A stretch of DNA of 59,640 nucleotides, filler included, from Basidiobolus ranarum (GCA_040143965.1; 12 parts of 12 records of this genome joined end to end with filler, not necessarily neighbours in it), one strand, 5' to 3'; counted from the whole stretch's first letter, positions 10,850 to 24,487 are shown. The notes: a model not told the origin generated them from the letters alone. A program made the numbers and translations.

Positions 10850-11860
10850 GCTGTGCCATACAACCAAGGCCACAGTAGCCAGTCAAAAGAGATGAAGCTT
10901 CTGCCATTGTTGAAGAGGCAAGAACTGCCAAATGCAAACCTCAAGATATATGACTTGCTCCAAGACATACTGGAATGTAACCATGGCAATAGCCAATTGA
11001 AAGAGAACAAGCTTCCACTGTGGTTGAAGAAGCAACAAACACCAAACCCATCACAAGGTAGATGACTTGCTTCAAACATACTGCCATGCCAAAGAGATCA
11101 TGGTGGCCAGTCAAAAGAGATGAAGCTTCAACCATAGTTGAAGAGGCAAGAACTGCAAACTTGAACCTCAAGGTATACAACTTGCTCCAACACATACTGC
11201 CATGCAATTGCAGCCATGGCCAGTCAAAAGAGATGAAGCTTTTACTGTGCTTGAAGAATCAACAACTGTCAGCACATCATCTTAGAGTGAGACATTCTGA
11301 GTAAACATGTAGCACTGCATGCCAGCAGCAATGGCTTGTTGACCCATCAAGTGAAGGCTCCACATCTGAAGAAGAGACTGTAGAAGCAAACTAACCACAA
11401 TCCAGACCAGACAAGCCAATGCTTACCACAAGGCATCAACCTCAAGCAAAAACTCATGCTGGCCAAGGTAGACAATCTTTAACAGGATCAAACCTACCAA
11501 CCCAATGCAGAGATTCAAGTAAAGTTGCTTCTGTGGAAATATCAAGGTGACAAACACAAATAACAGAAGCAAATCAGCATGTACTGCTTCAAAGCTGCGC
11601 AACTGCTGAACACTCTTGTTAATGCTTGCATTAACCTATCATTACTGTTTAGCACATCTTGCAAAATTGATATGGATTGCAGTTGAATATAGCTCAAATT
11701 GCTTTAATTGGATCCTGATTGCTTATGTCTTTATGAAACACTGATAGTGTGAAATTGTGCTATATCAAAAAAATCCATGATAGCTTATTAATTTAAGTAA
11801 TTTCACTACAGTTAAATGAAAATGTCTGTCAATAAACAGCATATGTCACTGTATTGACCT
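10850..11860 (+). repeat. Unclassified interspersed repeat family Y with ~114-bp tandem units
   Basis: Unit anchor CCAGTCAAAAGAGATGAAGCTT (or variant) at 10879, 10993, 11107 and 11220. Collinear with 40030-40910. Confidence 0.8.
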
Positions 11861-13045
11861 AATTACCAATCACTGTATGTGTAGTGATGAGCAATTTAGA
11901 CTGTAACTTACCAAATCAAATGAAGAACCAAGCTATTCACATGTTTTTAGGCAAATCATTTGTCTGTCACTCATACAATATCCTGATCTTTAGTTGGGCC
12001 TAATGGCTCCTGCATTATGAGACACCAGTAGCTTTGGCACACCAGTGGCAAATCGCAGACCTTGACAATGGTTTTATCTGCAGTATGATAGTATTAATCA
12101 GAATAACTTAATTGATCATTTTAAGATTAGCAAATTATTCATTCAATCACGTAAGCTTGTCATTAGGTGAGAGTGTGCACTGATTGATCCATATAAGCCA
12201 ACAAGGCAGCACAAGCTATTTATTGACATATGTGTTAGATTTTTCTGTAGTTAAATTGCTAATATTAAGAGGCTATCAGTGATTTTTTGATATATGACTA
12301 TTGCATGCTCTCAGTGTATCATAAAGACATAAGTAATAATGATCTAACTGAAGCATTCTAAGCTATGTTTAAATGCAATCCATTTTGCTTACACAGGATG
12401 TGTGAAACAGGAAAGATAGGATAGTGTACATGCTGATTCACTTTTGTTATTTTGTTAACTCCTTAATATTTCCACAGAAGGAACTTTGATTGAACCTCTG
12501 CACTGTGTTAGCTGGTATGATGCTGCTGAAGTTCTGCTACCTTGGCCAGCATGAGTTGTGGCTGGTGGTCAATGGACTGTGGTATGTGTGAGCCTGTCCA
12601 GTCTGGTTTGTGGTTTGTTTGGATATACAATATCTTCAGCAGATGTGGAGCCTTGACTTAATGGGCCAACCAGCCATTGGTGCTGGTGTGCAGTACTATG
12701 AATTGACCTCAAATGTTGCACTTAAGGTTCATGCTTGACAGTTATTCATTCTTCAAACATGGTTGAAGCTTCATCTCTTTCGATGGACATGGCAGTGATT
12801 GTATGGCAGTATGTGTTGGGGTAAGTTATCTACCTAGAGGCTTGAGCTTGGCGGTTTGTGCCTCTGCAACCATGATAGAAGCTTCTTCTCTTTCAACTAG
12901 CTGAAGCCAAGGTTGCATGGTAGTATCTGTTGAAGCAAGTCATCTACCTTGTGATTCATATTTGGAGGTTATTGATTCTTTCACCACAACTGGAGCATCA
13001 TTTCTTTTGACCGGCCTTTGCCATGATTGCATTCCAGTCCGTACA
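11861..13045 (-). repeat. Family Y, inverted copy abutting the + copy
   Basis: Reverse complement is collinear with ~40050-41250 and with 10850-11860. Confidence 0.75.
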
Positions 13046-13053
13046 GACAAGCC

Positions 13054-13256
13054 TGTTAAGCATGGGTGAGAATTTGAGTTGTTTTAGAGACGTTTTCAGA
13101 AAGAAATGAAAAATGGTAAAAGTGATGTAATTGAAATTTGTATATAAATTGAACGATAAACCCATGTTTTCTTAGTGGCAGAATTGAGTGCCAAATAATC
13201 TGAATGTGACTAAACTAATCACCAAACAATGAGTTGGCATTTTCCTAATTTCAACA
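13054..13256 (-). repeat. Copia 3' LTR family C (partial)
   Basis: On the minus strand it follows the RNase H end and begins TGTTGAAATTAGG. Homologous to 18076-18276 and ~44160-44368. Confidence 0.75.
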
Positions 13257-14869
13257 TTTCAACTCAACTAACTATTAGAAATTTCTCCTAAACCTAACTG
13301 GTACCTTAATAATTCAAATTGTGTTTCAGCTAAATGTTCAGTTCAGATATCAGCAATCATTTCTTCAGTAGGGCAGTAGACAAGTTCAATTGTATCATTC
13401 TCTATTGCTTCTCTCACAAAATGATGCCTAACATCTATATGTTTTGTTCTAGCATGGAATGTAGGTTTCTAGCTAATGAAATACAACTTAGGTTATCTTC
13501 AAAGAGAGTAATAGCCCATTTTTGCATATATCCTATGTCTGGAAATTGTTACTATAAGCAAGTCATCCTCATAAAGTGCCAAGATAAGGATCCCATTTAT
13601 GGTTGTTTTGATATAGATACTATGATCTGCTGTGCATTTTTTGAATTACAGTGATTTTAAATAGATATTTATCTGATCATACCATACCCTATGTGCTTGT
13701 GTGAGTCCATATAGCAGTTCACAGGTTGAAGACTATATCAGGGTGTTTTGGGTCAACAAATTCATTTGGTTGCTCCATCTAGATCTTTTTTTCTGCATAT
13801 CCATTCACAGAGGCTGTTTTGACATCCATTTAATGTAAATCAAGGTTATGGATGGCTTAGAGTGCCAGGATTGATCTAAAGGAACTAAGCTCAGCTACTG
13901 GAGCAAGCGTTTCATTTAAATCAACTCCTGGAGTCTGAGATTAATCTTTTGTGACTAATCTTTCTTAGTACCTTTCTCTGGTTCCAACAGCTTGTTTTTT
14001 GCCTTTGCAGACCCATTTGCAACCTACTGGCTTTCATCCTGAATATAGGGGACTATAAGCCCATGTTCTATTGTCCTCAAGTGAAGAAATCTCATCTGAA
14101 ATAGCTTTTTCCCATTATTTCAACTCTGGACACTTCAGAGCTTGATCCAGAGTATGTGGCTTGTCACCAAATGCTGCAAAAGCAAAGATATCATTATTAG
14201 AAGTGTTCCACCAGTTCCCTTGCTAATTCCTCCTTATACATGATTTTCTAGGCCCTGAATCATCCACTGATGTAATTGAGGCTCTAGTTATTGTTGAATT
14301 GGGCTCAGATATGGCTGGAATTCCATTGTACCCTTCTTGAATAGTGCTGATTGTGTTCTCTGGAACACAAACTGTGATTTGAGGTGAAAAACTTGCTTTT
14401 CATCAAAATCACCTCTTTACTTATGAATAACTTCAGATGTTTGGTATCAAACAGTCTGTAGGCCTTGAATCCATCACAGTAACCAAGAAATATTCATTTT
14501 TTGCTTTTGTGTTCCAAGTTAGAGCACTTTTGGGCTGGAATTAGGCAATATGCTGTGTAACCAAAGATCCTGAGATGATCCACACTTGGCTTGGATCCAT
14601 AAAGGGATTCAAATGGTGTAGAGTTTTGTTGCAATCTTGTTGGGCATTTGTTTTTGATGTGGACAGTAGCGGAGACAAATTCAGCCAAATATTAGTATTC
14701 TAACTTTTGATACTGCAACATTGATTTTGCCATCTTCACAGTGGTCCTATTAGCATGTTCTGCAACTTAATTATACTGTGGAGCATACAGTACAATACTT
14801 TGTTGCTTAATTCCATGTTCACAACAAAAACTGGCAAAATCTTTAAATAACTATTCTGCTCCTTAGTAC
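13257..14869 (-). mobile_element. Degenerate Copia pol (INT, RT, RH) with internal deletions
   Basis: Minus-strand motifs VAEHANRT.V.MAK, HLRIFGYTAY, PVGCKWV, QTPGVD.NET.APVA and HIDVRHHFVRE...MIADI. Confidence 0.9.
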
Positions 14870-14969
14870 NNNNNNNNNNNNNNNNNNNNNNNNNNNNNNN
14901 NNNNNNNNNNNNNTTAATTAATTAANNNNNNNNNNNNNNNNNNNNNNNNNNNNNNNNNNNNNNNNNNNN

Positions 14970-15215
14970 ATATAATCCAAGAGGTTTATGAGTAAATACG
15001 AGTTATTCAACCCAAGAAACTATTCAATTATGGCATAAGGGATTTGGCCATATTGGATATGATTATTTGGGCAAAATTATCAAAATTGCCTAATTTCTGG
15101 AATTCAAATTAACCCCCAACCAAAATAGAAATTTGTGCAGGTTTTATATATAGAAAGCAAGCCAGGCAACCATTCAAGAGTTCTGGTTTAACCAAATCTG
15201 TCAAAAAAATTGGAT
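14970..15215 (+). mobile_element. Copia GAG-pre-integrase (HHCC zinc-binding) fragment
   Basis: QLWHKGFGHIG...EICAGF..RKQARQPF. Confidence 0.7.
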
Positions 15216-15219
15216 CTAA

Positions 15220-17760
15220 TCAAGTTCTCTGTTGTTGCTGGTTGCTTTCCTTTCCTACCTGTAGGCTTTTGCTTGAGAGCAAATTTTTGATTAGATTTTG
15301 AATACTTTTTTAATGGCTTTGAAATATTCCAATGGTAGATTTGATGTGCAGAAATTGCTTACACACAACTTATAACAAACCAAACATACCATTCATTCCT
15401 GATTATATCTTTTAAATCCTCTAATGACTCATCTATGCCACTCTCTCAGAATCAGTGATGATATTGATGCAAAATATCAAAAATACCACACCTATGTAGT
15501 GGGTGTTCTTTTTCTACAATATGCTTCTAAAGCTGCCACACAAATGTTGAAAGATGACCTGGCATTATGGTGACAAATTCATGTGCTATGAAATCCAGAG
15601 ACTTCATAGAGAATGGAAGCACAAAAATATACTCACAAGCACAGTCACTTTACAAAGCCACCAGCTACACCAAGCCTGGTAAGTAGCAACTGTAATAAGT
15701 GCAAAAAATTGGCTTTTGACTTGCTCACTGAGTCTCTTGGCTGTGCTTTACCACAAAGTATAGGTAACACTGCTGAAAATCAAGATACCACACAGGTACC
15801 ACATTTATATGTCCAGATTGATGTGGGCGGAAGTGCAACTTTGGGTGAGCTACTAAGTCCAGACAACTTTCAGGACATGCTGCTTGATGTTGACCTTGGT
15901 TATTCCATTACTGATGGTAATAAATCAGAAGATGAAGTAGAAGATAATGATTTATTATGGACTCTTTGTTATTGGCAAACAATAGTCCACTCATAACACT
16001 AATAGTAAAGGAGTCTGCTTCAATTTTTGAGGAGTGGTGAGCTCAATCTAATTATAGCAACCAGGTGTTTCCTGGTATTCATATACTGGTACCACAGTTG
16101 ATTGGCAATTGTTGCTTGTTACTGACCTTTTACAAGTGGAAAACACCTATTTACTGTATGACATATAATCCTTCAGCAATTAAACAATCTTCATATCCAA
16201 ATTGTTGTTTGGCTTTCACTTGTGATCTGAAAACCCAAAATCATGTACTGCTTATACAAAATTGTCAATCGCTGAATCAGGTAAATAACATTCATATTTG
16301 GCATATATAGCCTTGATTCCTTGTCTTAAAGTTTTAATGAAATCACTCATAATATGAGTGTCAGAGCTGACATCACATGCTCTGATGATGAGTAGTTTAA
16401 CATTTTGGAAACTGTATGGAACCTTGCCTAAAATCACCTGGATTTGGGTCAATCATGGAAAAACCAAAAACCAGGCATTACTCTGAAGGTTCTTGACTTA
16501 TTTCATTAGATCATTGATCCAATACCAAAGTACTCACGGTAAGGCAACAATGCCACTTACTCAGCTATATTGTGGAAAATTCAATTTAAATGAGCCATTC
16601 AAGATATTATCAAACTTTGAATAAATTGGCAAAATGCATGAAAACATCAAGATACAATTATATTTTACAAGCACTCCTGTCAATATCAACTCATATAGGC
16701 ATTTACTTAAATGCAATGGCTGGAAGTATTGGGTTTGTGAGCATTTAAGTGCAATCATGAAAAGACTTCTCCCTTATAAGTATTGGCAATATTGGTAATA
16801 GTTTGTGGATATGGTTAATATATTCTCACAGCATCAACTCACATTGGCATATCTCAGGCAGAGACAGCAACTTGGAAAAATTTTGTAACTGGATATGAGC
16901 ATCTTTGTTACAGGTTTAAAGGAGCTAGCCTGAATCTATTCCTGTATTCAATGCAATCCTTGCTTCATCTTTTACAATTGTCAGAAATTATAGGCCCTTT
17001 CTATACATTGTGGGGGTTCCCAATGGGGCCTACATACAGTGAAATGATGCTCCATTTGAACTTGTCAATATTGCCATATGCTAATCCAATTAACCATGTA
17101 TCAGCAAAATCAGTCATGGATGAAATGCAAAGGGTTAAGGAGACTCCTGCTTATGTTACCCTTTCAATATAAGGCTCTTTACAATGTGTCCCATGGGTTT
17201 TTGCATTGTTTGAGCACAATAACAGTAAAAAAACCCTAACCATAGATACAGATAGTATTTCTTGGAAAGCTACAAGATGCATCCAATGAGATTTACACAT
17301 TGGTTGCAAACTCAGAAGGTATTGTATCTAGGTTAAGGATTATGTAATACCCTATATATCAGAAGTTCAACAAGAAGATAATACTTTTGTTACAGGCTCT
17401 TTGTTAGGGGCAAGCATTAGTCTGCTCATAGCAGTTGCAGTAAAGGAAGCAGCATTGATTATTAAGGAGTGAAGAGGTCAATCCAATTATAGCTACCAAG
17501 TGCTTACTGGTTTTCTTACACCTTTACAATCATTTGATTTGCAGCTGTTGCTTGCCACAGACCTGGCACAAGTGGAAAACACTTATCAACCATATGACCT
17601 ATGATCCTTCAGTAAGTATCCTACCTTTGGTTTAAACTACTATTTGGCTTTCACCAGTGATCTGAAAAACAAGAAGTCATGCCCTAACAGAAGTTGGAGG
17701 ATTGCTATCATAGGAATGCTATCACCATTATCATTGGACTTGTTCCATTGTGCCAGGATT
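15220..17760 (+). mobile_element. Rearranged CACTA/EnSpm-like (family X) remnant
   Basis: 15220-15860 is the reverse complement of ~53140-53730. 16360-16510 matches 6385-6525. 16000-16250 is repeated at 17440-17690. Contains a transposase fragment. Confidence 0.65.
16540..17130 (+). pseudogene. Transposase_21 (Tnp2/EnSpm-like) C-terminal fragment, second copy
   Basis: Reads HLLKCNGWKYW...KRLLPYKYWQYW...SMQSLLHL....IIGP.YTLWGFPM, homologous to ORF 51968-52408 and the sequence downstream of it. Confidence 0.75.
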
Positions 17761-17920
17761 TATCAGACCTTGGATCAATATATTTGAGTAAATGTGATTG
17801 AAATTGATCATGCCAGAGGGTGATGGATAGTGCCAAATTGTGCCACATAAATTTTAGGATACTTTATCCAATATGATTTATACAGCACAATTTGGCACTA
17901 TCACAGAGAACAAGTCTATT

Positions 17921-18276
17921 TGTTGTGATAAATTGTTTAGGGGATTTAGCAGTGATTTGGACAAAATTTGGGTTTGTGAAGTAGACACTATAGTTTTATT
18001 GAATTGAATATGTACTGTTGATAGTTTAGTATGAAATAGAACTATTTGACATGCAGAGATCTTAACAAACATGCCTGTTAAGCATGGGAACTAATTTGTG
18101 GGGACTTGGAGAAGTTTTTAGCAATTAGTGAGAATTGGTTAAAGTGATCTATTTCATATTCCTATCACTTAGAGCAATAAACAAATATTTTTGAATAGCA
18201 GAATTGAGTGCAAAATACTCAGCAAAAGAATAAACTAACTACTAAATAATGAGTTGCTATTTACCTAAATTCAACA
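17921..18276 (-). repeat. Copia 3' LTR family C (~356 bp)
   Basis: Minus strand: purine tract GGTAAGTGGGAA, then TGTTGAATTT...ATCACAACA. An RNase H C-terminus lies upstream (18290-18520). Homologous to 44013-44368. Confidence 0.75.
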
Positions 18277-19856
18277 TTCCCACTTACCTAATGATTTAGT
18301 TTTACTCTTAAAGCCAACTTATGTCTTTGTAATCTGAATTGTCCTTTAGCCAAAGGTTTGGTTAAGAAGTCTGCAATTTTTTTTTCAGTTGGGCAATATC
18401 CCGGCTCAATTATATCACTCTATATTGCTTCTCTAACAAAGTCATACCCAATATCCATATGTGCTGTTCTGGCATGAAATGTAGAGTTTTTAGCCAAATG
18501 AAAACAACTTTGAATATCTTAAAATACAGTATGAGCACCTTTTTCCATGTATCCCAAGTCGTCAGATAACTGCACAGAATGCTCATTGCTAGATCAATAT
18601 GAACCAATCAAAAGTTAGATTAGCAATATTGCGCTGATTATGTCCCCACTGCAGACTATATCTCAAACCAATTCCCACAATATTGCTACAAAATTCTACT
18701 CTTTTTGAAGCCCTATATGGATCTAATCAAGTGTGGATCATGTTGGGATCTTTGGTTTCAAAGCTTATTTTCTAGTTCAAGCTCAATAATGCTCTCAATT
18801 GGAACCTAAAAGCAGAAAATGCATATTTTTTGATTACTGTGATGAATATAAGGTGTACAGAGTGTTTAAAACCAAAAATCAGAATTTAATTAAGAGCACA
18901 GATGAATTTTTGATACAGAAGAAATTTTCACTTCAAATCACAATTCTTAATCCAGAATCCAGAATCAGCACTATTCCGGAAGTGTCTAACAGAGCTCTAG
19001 GTGTATCTAAGCCCAATACTACTGAAGTGCATGTCCCAATTACATCAGAGGACAATTCAGGACCTGGTAGATAATCCCAATGGAGGGATAAGCCAGGGAA
19101 CTGGAGGAGCACTTCAAATGCTGATGGTTATTCTTATGTAGCTCTGTGTGACAAGCCACAGACTCTAGAACAAGCTCTGAAAGCATACTTTTGCATGTAT
19201 CCTAAGTCTGTAAATAACTCCCTCAACCACATAGCTTCTTGTGTAATAGCAGATGCAGCCATGTACTCTGCTACTGTAGTGGAAAGTGCTACAGTTGGTT
19301 GCTTCTTACTATTCCAAGCTAGGGCTCCATTATCCTAGTGTGAAGTGCTCCCAGTTGTAGATCTTCTATCATCAAGATTTCTTCCCCAGCCAGCATGACT
19401 GTAGCCTTCAAATTTTGTGCATCAGGTGAGCCAGAGGGTGCCAGAACCAGCTCAACAGTTCCTCTCAAATACCTGAATATTTGTTTTACTGCAGTTTTGT
19501 ACTCAGATCCTGGATTTTTGAGATATTGCCTGGCAGTTCCCACTGCCACAGCAATGTCTGGATGTGTTCCAACCATTGTATACATTAATGTACCCACCAT
19601 GGACTGGCAAGGGAACTCTTGGCTTTGATTTTAGTCATTTGAGCCAAATTGGATGAACTTTAATTAATTTCACATTGAGATCTGTTGGTACTAATACAAG
19701 CTTGCTATTCCTAGTGTTGAAGCATTTTAGGATGTCCAGGATGTATCTAGACTGATTCAGCATGATTTTCTGATTGGGTTCATCTCTCTTGATTTGGATT
19801 CCAAGAAAATAACTTAACTCTCAAATATAAGTCATGTGAAATTGGTTCAATAAGCT
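18277..19856. mobile_element. Mosaic of Copia pol fragments: RH end (-, ~18290-18520), integrase (+, ~18600-19185), RT/RH (-, ~19186-19856)
   Basis: LEPKSRKCIFFDY on +; VGTLMYTMVGTHPDIAVAVG and KKQPTVALSTT.AEYMAA on -. Confidence 0.85.
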
Positions 19857-19956
19857 NNNNNNNNNNNNNNNNNNNNNNNNNNNNNNNNNNNNNNNNNNNN
19901 TTAATTAATTAANNNNNNNNNNNNNNNNNNNNNNNNNNNNNNNNNNNNNNNNNNNN

Positions 19957-20065
19957 CCTTGTCCAGTCTTGTCTTGTCTTGTCTTGTGGTCTACACCCAA
20001 GTACTCTCCTGCCTTCTAGCCTCTTGTTGTTGTTCCCAGTCCTTGTCCAGTTCCTTATTGTGACA
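19957..20065 (-). repeat. LTR family B end at contig start
   Basis: Matches 5935-6038, ending CCTTATTGTGACA. Confidence 0.9.
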
Positions 20066-23000
20066 ATCATTTGCTATCTTTACTTGGAGTTTACTTGTAA
20101 TATTTTTACCAACGGGAAGTTCTCAGATTATATGGCTTTCTCTGACTTGTTTAAAAGAACTCAAGCTTTGTACTCTACATGTTACTTTATCTACTTCTTG
20201 ACATAGGTCAACTTGTATTTAATAAATTGATGGTTGAAAACTGCCAATTCTTCTAGTCCCCCACATCACTATCAACTGCTTCCAAAATACTTCAACAACT
20301 CACTCTCACTCTCTCTCTCAACTCTAACATCACAAATCTTTGCCATTTACAAGACTTGCATTTGTCCAGATCTGTTCTGATAAGATGTAGATACTACTAA
20401 AATTAGCATAGGCTAAGCATCAATATAGTCATATACAGCTTAGTGTATAGTTATTCCATATTTAACTTAATATAGTATTCATATCCAGGCACTTTGATCA
20501 GCACAACCATAGTGAAATATACATAAAAATGTTCACTAACATCCTTCTTGTTGGAAATCAAATACTTCATTTGAAAATACTTTTGCATTCACTGCACACA
20601 TATATCCTCACTTCCTTCATTCGACATCCTATTTGCAGATATTACAAGGATTAAAATTTATAGTAGAGGCATCGGCTTGTTAGTTGCATAGCCTCTGAAA
20701 CAGAATACAACACTACTTTTTTTGCAGAATTTTAAAGAATTGCACGTACAAGGTTACTGAAAAGCATGGTAGTCACTTTTGACATCACAGACATGATTAT
20801 ATGGATCTATATTTAAAATTGCATAGAAATATGGGAGATATGAATTGACCAACATTTGCGTCCCAAAGATGTTCTAATTTTAAAGCAAACCACATCAACC
20901 ATTCCAACAAGTGCAAAAAAAGAGCACGCTTAAGCAGGGTTCTGAAAACGAATAGAAAGAGCATCCAGGAAATATGTCACTACAATTAGAGAGCGGAATT
21001 CATTATTGCCAAAAGAAGTGACAAGACCTGAGTGATATAAATGAATCTAGGTGCCACGGTAACACAGAAGTATGCTGATGAAGTATCAATCATCTACCGA
21101 AAGGCAACTATAATCCCTAATCGTACGAGATATAAAATTCGGGAGTAAAATTAAAACTAGTAAACTGTTTGAATAACTCCGGTTGCCAGGATAGTGAGAA
21201 ACAGATCGACTTCACTCCTCTACTCGGTTATTATGCTCTAAACTCAGATGTAACAAGGATTTTTTGTCTTGTAAAAATTTCAGGTAGCTCTATTCAATAT
21301 TATATATGTGAATACTCTACACTTATTTGAGAAAGTTAGATAACAAAAATAAGCGAGCAGTGTTGTATATATCGCTTACTTGAAAAAGAATCTGCCAGCA
21401 GAAGTTTGGATCTAAAATCAACGTTTGCGATAGGTTAAAATTATATATGAATGGAATGACTATTATCGTAACTACTATTAATAAAGCTAGCGATTATGAT
21501 AAGGCTGACGTTTCAATTCCGAAATTTATGTCCAGCGGTATCTCTCGCAAACGTTTTTTGTCCCTAAAAACTATGCTAAAGGAGATTCTTTTCTCTTTGA
21601 GACGTGACAACTTGATCTCTGAGGATGAGTTATAAGCTCGGTGTTGATATTACTGATGGACAGTGGTCTTATCAATCCCCAAAATCTTTAAGCCATATAA
21701 ATCTTGCACTTGTATATTGTCCATTAGTTGTGTTGTCACCCGTTTTGCTGGCAACTGATATCTTAAGATGTACTGGATATCAAATATTCACTAGAAAGAT
21801 ATGACCTTTACCTGCTATCGCAAAATTCAATACTCTTGAACTTGATGGTCCATCTCTGTATCAAGTTTTCTCAAGAGTTGATCCCCACTCGTTCCATACA
21901 CTTGACTATGATAACTTCCTCACTGAGATGGACGAGACTGCAAGGAAGTATCAAGATGAAGTATTCGGATCCATATTTGATATGGAAGTTATTTACAATA
22001 TCTGCAGACTCAATGGCCTAGAATAGAATCATCAACACCGAATTTTTTTAAATCACCTCTTCTTATTTGAAAGAGAATGACTTATACACTATACAAAAAT
22101 TCATAAGCACCTAAAAATACAGTATAAACTATATTGTGTAACAGCCAGAAAGTACAGTAACACTAAATTCTCGTGAGCGAGAGATTTTCTGTAAAAATGA
22201 ACAATACTCCACCCGCAATCAGCACTATCGAATTCTTAAAGTAAGATCAACACCTAATGCATCAACTAGCAAGAGTAGTGATTAACCCTTTTTGAGAAAT
22301 CGCAAAACCTGAATTACGCAGAGGAAAGCCAATAAAGTTAATGGGACTGGAGCTAGATATAGCAACTTCTTGATTCCCCCAACTGAGCAGCACACCCATA
22401 CCATGCTAGGTGACTACTAATGGAGTTTGTAGATTTGTAATCATTCGTTGATTGTTGATTGTCAGTTTTTTAGACTGCATCCAATTGTTTTCCAGCAGTA
22501 CGTCGCCTCCTCTTGTCCATCTAGCCCCATTCAGGCGGCATATTCCCGGTCTGTGCCATCTGGAATTTTTAACTACGCGCCTGAATAGTCATGGGCAATC
22601 CGTTGTCGAATAACCTCCAACCAGGATGTCACAATTCTTTTTACTAAACTGGTTTGTATTCAGGATATTCCTTACATATCAGCTCACTTGTTAGCGATAG
22701 ATTAAATTTGCTTATGAAATTTCTTTACAGCGCCATCCTGGATTCCGCCAGAAATATTCCCGCAGAAATGATACTAGCCAACTTTAGCAGTGTTTCCCTA
22801 AATCCTCCATCTACAACAATAGAACCACTGATTTCAATTTGGCCGATATTTATCCTTCAACCCGTTATGTAAGGCATCTTGCTGCATTAATGTGGGAAAC
22901 AAATGGACTGAGAAGAGACCTCTCGGACTCAAATTCCCATTCGATGAATTAATGCAATAACTCAGGGGTGTAAGTTCTACCACTTAACCGTATCAGCCCA

Positions 23001-24487
23001 GGTATTTGAGACCATTCAATTTTACAAATAAGATCCGAAAAACCAATTGAAAAGCTTATTCCAAAAGTATCCATTTGAGATGTTAAACTGCATAGCTTAA
23101 ATGGATTCGATTATGGTGAAGTAAATAACCCTAGAAAGTGAATCCAATCAAGTCAATTCCAACCATTACTCACTGTATGCATGCCATTGGATTACTAAGA
23201 AGAAATGTATGAAATGTGGCTGAAATCGCATTTAAATCAAGTGAAGTATTCTTTACGGTAAGGAATGGTGCCACTTTTAATGAGTCAACTCACCCAGTTA
23301 CTTGAAGTTGGAATGATATCTTCGTGGAGAGGCTTATTCTTCTACGAATCATGAAGAGTATGCCTAAAATTGGTTTCGTATGGGTATTGTAGAGAAGTGG
23401 AAACGTGGATTGGGCATGGGATTGTAACAGTAGAGCAGCTTACTTCTATATATTGGAACCTTCCATTTGGCCATCAGTGCTGGCTATAATGTGAGAGACA
23501 TTAACAGCCATTGTTGAGACTCTCAACAACCAATAAAATCTTCACAGCTCATATTTCTACTTTCTCGTAAGTAGCCATTTCAAGACCTAATCAAACATTT
23601 AAACGATGGACCATGCTAACAAGCCAATGTTCAAGTTAGACTGTTTAGAATCTCTATTGATCGACTTGACAAATTCACTGCTAGATACTGGATGGGTTTC
23701 AGGCGAATTTCTTTACTAAATCAGGAGTGGCCTTACCTGCCTTAAGAGTGCACTGTATCATAACAAGTGATACGACAATTATTAATCTGGTTTATGTGAA
23801 CCAGTGGCAGCAGTGGATTGAATTACTCGTGATTATCTTCATAGTATCGGATTGGGCTGCATTACGCCATCCACTTTAAACTAGCTCGGGGATATCTGAG
23901 TACCATGAGGGAACTTCACTCAATCTAAAAGGTGTTTAAACAATGTGCCAGACCATAGGATGGAACCCCAATGAAACCAGTCTGATAAACGCTGAACAAA
24001 TAAGTAACGATAGTAGTTTAATTACATTTTTTAATGGGAAATCTTTGGTAACTACCAAAAGTATAATAGGTGTTGACTCTGAAGACATTCAGTCAACAAG
24101 TGTCAGACGAAGTTAAAGTGGAATATTTCTCCAGTGGTGAGGGGGTTTTTTGCGTTAGAGATAATTAATATGTGCAAAGATAAAACAAAAGTGCCATTCA
24201 CAAAGTATATACGAAAAGCGTAGGGTAATAATGGGATAGGTCACTTTCCGTCCGTGAAAAGTATATGGAACATAGAGCATCACCCTCCGATGGTTTGTCA
24301 AGCATTTCACTAGGAAAAAATAGTAGATGTCGGTTGGGAATATTTACTGGCGCTTTCTATGGCAAGCCATCCAAAGAAATGTTGCTCTGCAAAGTGGAAA
24401 GTATTTAAAAGTGATTGGAATCTAACGGTGCCCCCAGGGAGTAGAGATTGAGTATAAACCCCGCCACATTAGAGAATCTGCGCAGTT

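Noticed and set aside
10879-11250. Repeated KR-DEA in the 114-bp units as Kex2/Ste13 sites of a pheromone or KEP precursor
   Set aside because: Units vary between GTCAAA and ATTGAA at that position, consistent with an ancestral TCGAA (E, not K) decayed by CpG mutation. There is no signal peptide and the frames are broken.
21601-22026. In-frame TGAs as Trp (mitochondrial or mitovirus code)
   Set aside because: TAA stops also occur in the same frame just upstream and in neighbouring frames, so ordinary decay explains it as well.
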